Made by a program: the position numbers and the translations under genes. DNA of 64,000 nt from an uncultured Candidatus Binatia bacterium (GTDB lineage: Bacteria > Desulfobacterota > Binatia > Bin18): the NCBI GenBank assembly GCA_965214605.1, contig OZ243961.1:553917-617916 (forward strand). Reading direction: 5' to 3'. Within the stretch, counting starts at the first letter, position 1. Each line of letters opens with the position of its first letter. The notes beneath the pieces were generated by a model. It was not told the DNA's origin. It saw only the letters and a program-made list of their open reading frames with translations, and did no database searches. Positions 59,645-64,000 of the stretch are shown piece after piece.

Positions 59645-60370
59645 TCATCGCTGTCCAAGTCGAATCGCCTCGGCCAGGTCTACCGCGCCGGTGTAGAGGG
59701 CGCGGCCGATAATCAGGCCGTGTATACCGTCCGCTTTACATGGCCGCAGCCGCTCAATGTCTTCAAGACTGGCCACGCCACCAGAGGCAATAACAGGAAT
59801 CTGAATTGCCCGAGCCAAGAGCCGGGTGGCTTCGATATTCACCCCTAGGGATGTACCGTCACGGATAATATCGGTGTAGACAATCTCACCAACGCCCATA
59901 TCTTGGCACTGTTCGGCAAGTTGCGTCGCCTCAAGCTCAGTCGCTTCAGTCCAGCCTTGGACAGCGACTTTCCCGTCCCGGGCATCAATGCCAACCGTAA
60001 TCCGGCCCAAAAAGCGTCTACATGCCTCAGCTACAATCTGAGGCTGCCGATAGGCTACTGTGCCCAGAATTGCACGCTGTACCCCGAGTGAGAACATCTG
60101 CTCAATCGCCGCTAGGCTGCGCAGTCCACCGCCGAGCTGAACCGGAATATGTAAGGATTGGCAGATTTTTTCTATAGCGTCAGTGTTCACGCCTGCGCCT
60201 GACATGGCGCCGTCAAGATCAACTAGGTGGAGCCGAGCGGCTCCGGCGTCTTGCCAGCGCTGTGCCACGGCGACCGGATCGTCGGAGTAGATGGTCGCCT
60301 GAGCCATATCACCTTGGTAGAGACGCACACACTGACCGGCCTTGAGGTCGATGGCGGGGATAATCTCCAT
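59645..60370 (-). CDS. hisA: 1-(5-phosphoribosyl)-5-[(5-phosphoribosylamino)methylideneamino]imidazole-4-carboxamide isomerase
   Basis: MEIIPAIDLKAGQCVRLYQGDM...; TIM-barrel HisA blocks; start set at MEIIPAID. Confidence 0.85.
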   Translation of the reverse strand: MEIIPAIDLKAGQCVRLYQGDMAQATIYSDDPVAVAQRWQDAGAARLHLVDLDGAMSGAGVNTDAIEKICQSLHIPVQLGGGLRSLAAIEQMFSLGVQRAILGTVAYRQPQIVAEACRRFLGRITVGIDARDGKVAVQGWTEATELEATQLAEQCQDMGVGEIVYTDIIRDGTSLGVNIEATRLLARAIQIPVIASGGVASLEDIERLRPCKADGIHGLIIGRALYTGAVDLAEAIRLGQR

Positions 60371-60375
60371 AGGAA

Positions 60376-61038
60376 TCACAGAGGAGGGTGGTGGTCGGTC
60401 ACAAATTTGCCGAAGTTGGCCAAGATTTGTAGGCCGACGGCCTGGCTTTTTTCTGGGTGAAATTGGGTAGCGAAGATATTGCCTGACCAAACACTCGACG
60501 CAAAATGGATGCCGTACTCGGTGGTGGTGGCCACGATGGCCGGGTCTGTTGGGATCGGATAATAGGAGTGAACAAAATACACCGCCGCGCCCTCGGGTAT
60601 CTTGGCCAAATGGGGGGCTGGTCGCTCAATGTGGAGCTGGTTCCAGCCCATATGGGGGATTTTTTGTGGACCGTTGTCGGTTGTCAGCAGAGCAGGATCA
60701 AAGCGCTCGACCGTGCCTTTAAGGATGTCCAAACCTTGCTCCCGGCCAAACTCGTAACTTTCTGAAAACAGGATCTGCATACCGACACAAATCCCAAGCA
60801 GCGGCGTGCCGCTGTTGGCCACCCGATGGACGGTTTCGATAAGCCTACATTTAGCCAGCCCGTCCATACACGCGCTAAACGCGCCCACGCCCGGCAGTAC
60901 TACTCCCGCGGCAGCCTCAATGCGGGCAGCGTCCCTGGTGATTTCAGCCGGGTAGCCCATCTTCTCGCAGGCTTTTTGGACACTCCGCAGATTGCCCATA
61001 CCATAGTCAATAATCGCAATTGTGCCGAGAGGCATTCT
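60376..61038 (-). CDS. hisH: imidazole glycerol phosphate synthase, glutamine amidotransferase subunit
   Basis: MPLGTIAIIDYGMGNLRSV...GICVGMQ; start set at MPLGTIAI. Confidence 0.85.
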   Translation of the reverse strand, partial: RMPLGTIAIIDYGMGNLRSVQKACEKMGYPAEITRDAARIEAAAGVVLPGVGAFSACMDGLAKCRLIETVHRVANSGTPLLGICVGMQILFSESYEFGREQGLDILKGTVERFDPALLTTDNGPQKIPHMGWNQLHIERPAPHLAKIPEGAAVYFVHSYYPIPTDPAIVATTTEYGIHFASSVWSGNIFATQFHPEKSQAVGLQILANFGKFVTDHHPPL

Positions 61039-61051
61039 CTCTCCTCCGCTC

Positions 61052-61135
61052 CCTCCCTCTCCCTCTAATTCCCCTTCGGAGCTGGCCAGAGATATAGGTA
61101 TAGGGCATAGGACATCGGCTATTTCACAATCACAC
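61052..61135 (+). ncRNA. candidate tracrRNA-like element: 24-nt anti-repeat followed by an 8-bp hairpin
   Basis: CCTCTAATTCCCCTTCGGAGCTGG is the reverse complement of the CRISPR repeat except two A-to-G changes that give G-U pairs with a plus-strand crRNA; followed by GGCTATTT-N15-AAATAGCC. Confidence 0.35.
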
Positions 61136-61169
61136 TGCAAAATAGCCGTGTATTAAAGTGGCGTGTTGT

Positions 61170-61892
61170 CTATTCCGGAACCGGCCGCGCCCGCTGGTTG
61201 TAGAGCATCTTGCGCAGGCGGTCTTTCTCTTCCTGCGACAGCTTGGAGAAGTCCATGGACAGCTCGCTGCCAACGGCCATGCCTTTTTTCACCCCGTCCC
61301 GTTCCGAGAGTTCCTCAAACCAGCGTTTGAAATATTTAAACTCGTTGATGTCCTGTCCCTGGGCCTCCCAGCTGACCGTCCAGGGATAACAAATCATATC
61401 GGCGATCGTATACTCATCACCGGCCAGATAAGGCTGCCGATAGAGCTGATTATTTAAGACGCCAAACAGACGGTTGACCTCATCTGTGAAACGCCGCACT
61501 GCATATGTCTGATCACCCTGTTCATCGCCCAAGCGCCGAAAATGACCACACTCTCCGCTTTTGGGGCCTTGGTTGGCCATCTGCCACATGACCCACTGGT
61601 TGACGACGTAACGCCCCCGCACGTCTTGGGGATAGAACTTGCCGGCCTTCTCGGCAATATACATCATCATTGCTCCAGATTCAAAAATACTGATCGGCTC
61701 GCCCCCGCCCAAGGGATCGTGGTCGACCATGGCGGGCATCCGGTTGTTAGGACAGATCTGTAGAAATTCGTCCGTGAACTGATCTCCACGGCCAATGTTG
61801 CAGGGGATCATATTGTAGGCTATGTCACACTCTTCGAGCAGAATAGTCACCTTTTTGCCGTTTGGCGTGGGCCAATAGTGTAAGTCAATCAT
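61170..61892 (-). CDS. glutathione S-transferase family protein (Nu-class/YghU-like)
   Basis: 240 aa; GST N- and C-domains (MIDLHYWPTPNGKK...). Confidence 0.75.
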   Translation of the reverse strand: MIDLHYWPTPNGKKVTILLEECDIAYNMIPCNIGRGDQFTDEFLQICPNNRMPAMVDHDPLGGGEPISIFESGAMMMYIAEKAGKFYPQDVRGRYVVNQWVMWQMANQGPKSGECGHFRRLGDEQGDQTYAVRRFTDEVNRLFGVLNNQLYRQPYLAGDEYTIADMICYPWTVSWEAQGQDINEFKYFKRWFEELSERDGVKKGMAVGSELSMDFSKLSQEEKDRLRKMLYNQRARPVPE

Positions 61893-62021
61893 GCTGCGTA
61901 CCTCCTTTTTTCCGATATCGACCGACCGGACGTTATGCCACCCTACACCGATTCGACTGACTGGAACAAGCAGGTCTGGATGCGCAAGCGCCGGGATCTT
62001 GCCTGTCGCCGAGCGAACGGC

Positions 62022-62624
62022 TTACGCATCTGTCCACTCGGTATTCCAGCGTGGAAAAAAACGCGGCACCCGCCGGCAGTATGCAGCATAGGCCTGGCCA
62101 AAACGCTGGTGTAATTCCCGCTCTTCAAACACGACAATCACATACAACAGGGGCAGACTCAGTGCCGCCCATACGTATAAGATCAGATAATTGGCCACAA
62201 AGGCGAAGCCTAGCACTGATAGAAACACTTCTAGATAGCGCGGGTGTCGTATCCGGGCATAAATCCCCTCCTGTAACAAGCTGGACGGTTGGCTCTGAGA
62301 GCGCAGTTCGGGGAGACCGATCATGATACGCAGGGTCAAATATTTGCGGTGCTGGAGTGCAAGCGCGCCTGCTCCGCTCAGACACACTACGGCCAGTCCC
62401 AGACAGACGGCGTTTGTCTCGTACTTGGTGGCCAACAGCGCACCGCGAACTACAAACAGGCCTCCGCCAAGCATGCTCAGCTCGGCTCCCACCAGACCAT
62501 ACGTCCAGCCCACCCCCCGTTTACGCCAAAATTCGGCAAAAGGGTGGATGCACAGCCAGAACAACAGCCCCGGCGGGAGGCCGATCAGAAACGCGAACGC
62601 AATCCCGTAGCGCAACTCATCCAT
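62022..62624 (-). CDS. isoprenylcysteine carboxyl methyltransferase (ICMT/phospholipid methyltransferase) family membrane protein
   Basis: multi-TM; C-terminal RHPRY...VFEERELHQRFG motif; start set at MDELRYG. Confidence 0.6.
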   Translation of the reverse strand: MDELRYGIAFAFLIGLPPGLLFWLCIHPFAEFWRKRGVGWTYGLVGAELSMLGGGLFVVRGALLATKYETNAVCLGLAVVCLSGAGALALQHRKYLTLRIMIGLPELRSQSQPSSLLQEGIYARIRHPRYLEVFLSVLGFAFVANYLILYVWAALSLPLLYVIVVFEERELHQRFGQAYAAYCRRVPRFFPRWNTEWTDA

Positions 62625-62822
62625 TAGGTGCACGCCGACCCTCCGCTCCCAACCGACCGCAAGGTCCCCAACTCCATAACAGCCGATATCACCATTCCTA
62701 GGTATGAAGCACCCCCCAATCAGCCCGAGACACCAGGCGGCCTGCCTCCCTCCCCTTGTCTCTTCCCAGATCAGAATAGTACAACCGCTTAGAAGACAAC
62801 ATCTTGTTGCGGACATCCGAGA

Positions 62823-63887
62823 TTGGAGGATATGATGCTGAGGGCACTTGCAGTGTGTAGCGGAAAAGGTGGTGTAGGCAAAACGCTGTTATCGGCCAGT
62901 CTGGCCCGGATTATTCAGCAAGCAGAAAACTGCAACGTCTTGGCAGTCGATTTAGACCTAACAGTCAGTGGGCTAACCCTCTTGTCGTTTCACAATAAAC
63001 TTGAGCTTGATCAAGTCCCAATCTCACTCTTTGACTACCTGACCGGTGATGACAATGCCCAAAGTGCGCTGTTCGGAGCCTTACAGGCCGCCGTCACATC
63101 AAGGGGCGAATATCCTTCGGCCGTGCTCTACCAGCGTCTAGATCACGTTTTTGTCCTGCCCGCCTCCACAGAAAGTGAGCGTCCGGACTGGAGCCGGTCT
63201 GCCCAGATTGAACTCGACCTGGCGATTGAAAAAATTGCCCAGCTGCGACATTTTGCCGCTGAGTCGCTGGACATCGACTATCTGATTTTTGATACTCAAG
63301 CTGGCTTGGGCAGCCTCAGTCTGGCCGCGGCAACGCTCAGCGATATGACCCTTATCGTGATGGAAGAAGACGATATCAGCTGGTTCACCGCGCTGCGCAT
63401 GTTCACCGAAATTACCGAGTTGAACAGACGCCTCAAAAACCGCTCGCGCAGCTACTTCCTGGCCAACAAAGTCCAAGCTGGGCTGATGGATATGGCCAGC
63501 AAACTGAAAGCCTTTTCCTTTCTGCCACCGATCCCGTTCGATAGCTGGATGCAGCGTCTGGTGTCGAACTCGACCGCCGTTGTCCTTGAAAAAGAGTTTG
63601 AAGACAGCGACTTCTTTCGTCGTTTACAAACCCGGGTGTGGCGAGAAATGGCCAGCCTTTTTGGACTCAGCCAGAGTCCCCAAAAAAATGCCTCGTTTAG
63701 CTGGTGGCGGCAGCTCAAGGGACCGGTCGAGCCAATGCCGAAAGCCAAGCCCACAGCGTCGTCCCCCCCTCCCCGCCTCAGCCCGAATTTCCAGAACAGT
63801 CAGCCAGAAAAAACCACGCCCTCCGCCGCCAAAGCCCAGCCTGCTGACCAACCTCACCGGTTAGACGTCAAAAGTGAAGTCCGTTGA
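62823..63887 (+). CDS. ParA/MinD-family P-loop ATPase with Pro/Ser-rich C-terminal tail
   Basis: deviant Walker A AVCSGKGGVGKT; 354 aa. Confidence 0.6.
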   Translation: MEDMMLRALAVCSGKGGVGKTLLSASLARIIQQAENCNVLAVDLDLTVSGLTLLSFHNKLELDQVPISLFDYLTGDDNAQSALFGALQAAVTSRGEYPSAVLYQRLDHVFVLPASTESERPDWSRSAQIELDLAIEKIAQLRHFAAESLDIDYLIFDTQAGLGSLSLAAATLSDMTLIVMEEDDISWFTALRMFTEITELNRRLKNRSRSYFLANKVQAGLMDMASKLKAFSFLPPIPFDSWMQRLVSNSTAVVLEKEFEDSDFFRRLQTRVWREMASLFGLSQSPQKNASFSWWRQLKGPVEPMPKAKPTASSPPPRLSPNFQNSQPEKTTPSAAKAQPADQPHRLDVKSEVR

Positions 63888-63897
63888 TCTAATGTGA

Positions 63898-64000
63898 CGG
63901 AATCAGGACGACTTTCCCCGTCGTACGTCGGGCGGCCAGATAGCGATGGGCATCGGCCGCGTGGGCAAGGGGAAACGTCCGGTCCATAACAGGCCGCAGG
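63898..64000 (-). CDS. C-terminal fragment of a zinc-type alcohol dehydrogenase/quinone oxidoreductase (MDR family); gene continues beyond the window
   Basis: minus-strand frame reads ...[25 protein letters not shown]. Confidence 0.4.

Overview
This window is a high-GC (~60%) bacterial chromosomal segment that mixes housekeeping genes with several accessory loci.

Housekeeping and core genes:
- rpmE, prfA, prmC, murA, hisD, hisB, panE and a fused trpE(G) with a Trp-rich leader peptide and tandem attenuator hairpins.
- hisH-hisA sit separately on the minus strand near the end of the window.

Accessory loci, in order along the window:
- A complete quinohemoprotein amine dehydrogenase cluster: qhpA-D-C-B on the minus strand, with qhpE, qhpF and qhpG adjacent. 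It continues into a nitroreductase, an amidohydrolase, a MaoC dehydratase and an HMG-CoA-synthase/DUF35 fusion.
- Two paralogous modules, each a luciferase-like monooxygenase plus a tandem-EthD protein. One copy also carries a VKOR-thioredoxin fusion and a DsbA-like protein.
- A ~3.9 kb insertion between trpE(G) and an MFS transporter, bounded by ~210 bp imperfect direct repeats that duplicate the 3' ends of both genes. It contains a 1.2 kb tandem duplication of a gene whose 21-bp (heptad) repeats differ in copy number between the two copies.
- An AhpD-like ORF interrupted by an in-frame TGA exactly at the second Cys of the CxxC motif, making it a candidate selenoprotein.
- A frameshifted apaH and a remnant sodium:solute symporter.
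- A thiolase / heme-oxygenase-like / diiron-like operon.
- A compact type V CRISPR-Cas locus: a ~1260 aa Cas12-family effector with a C-terminal RuvC/Zn-finger core, a lone cas1 with no cas2 or cas4, and an array of 24-nt repeats with unusually short 18-20 nt spacers (resembling V-C/V-D). One spacer-repeat unit in the array is repeated 10 times. A 24-nt G-U-wobble-perfect anti-repeat followed by a hairpin lies 1.4 kb away beyond hisAH and is a tracrRNA-like candidate.

The window ends with a GST, an isoprenylcysteine-methyltransferase-like protein, a ParA/MinD-like ATPase and a partial dehydrogenase.
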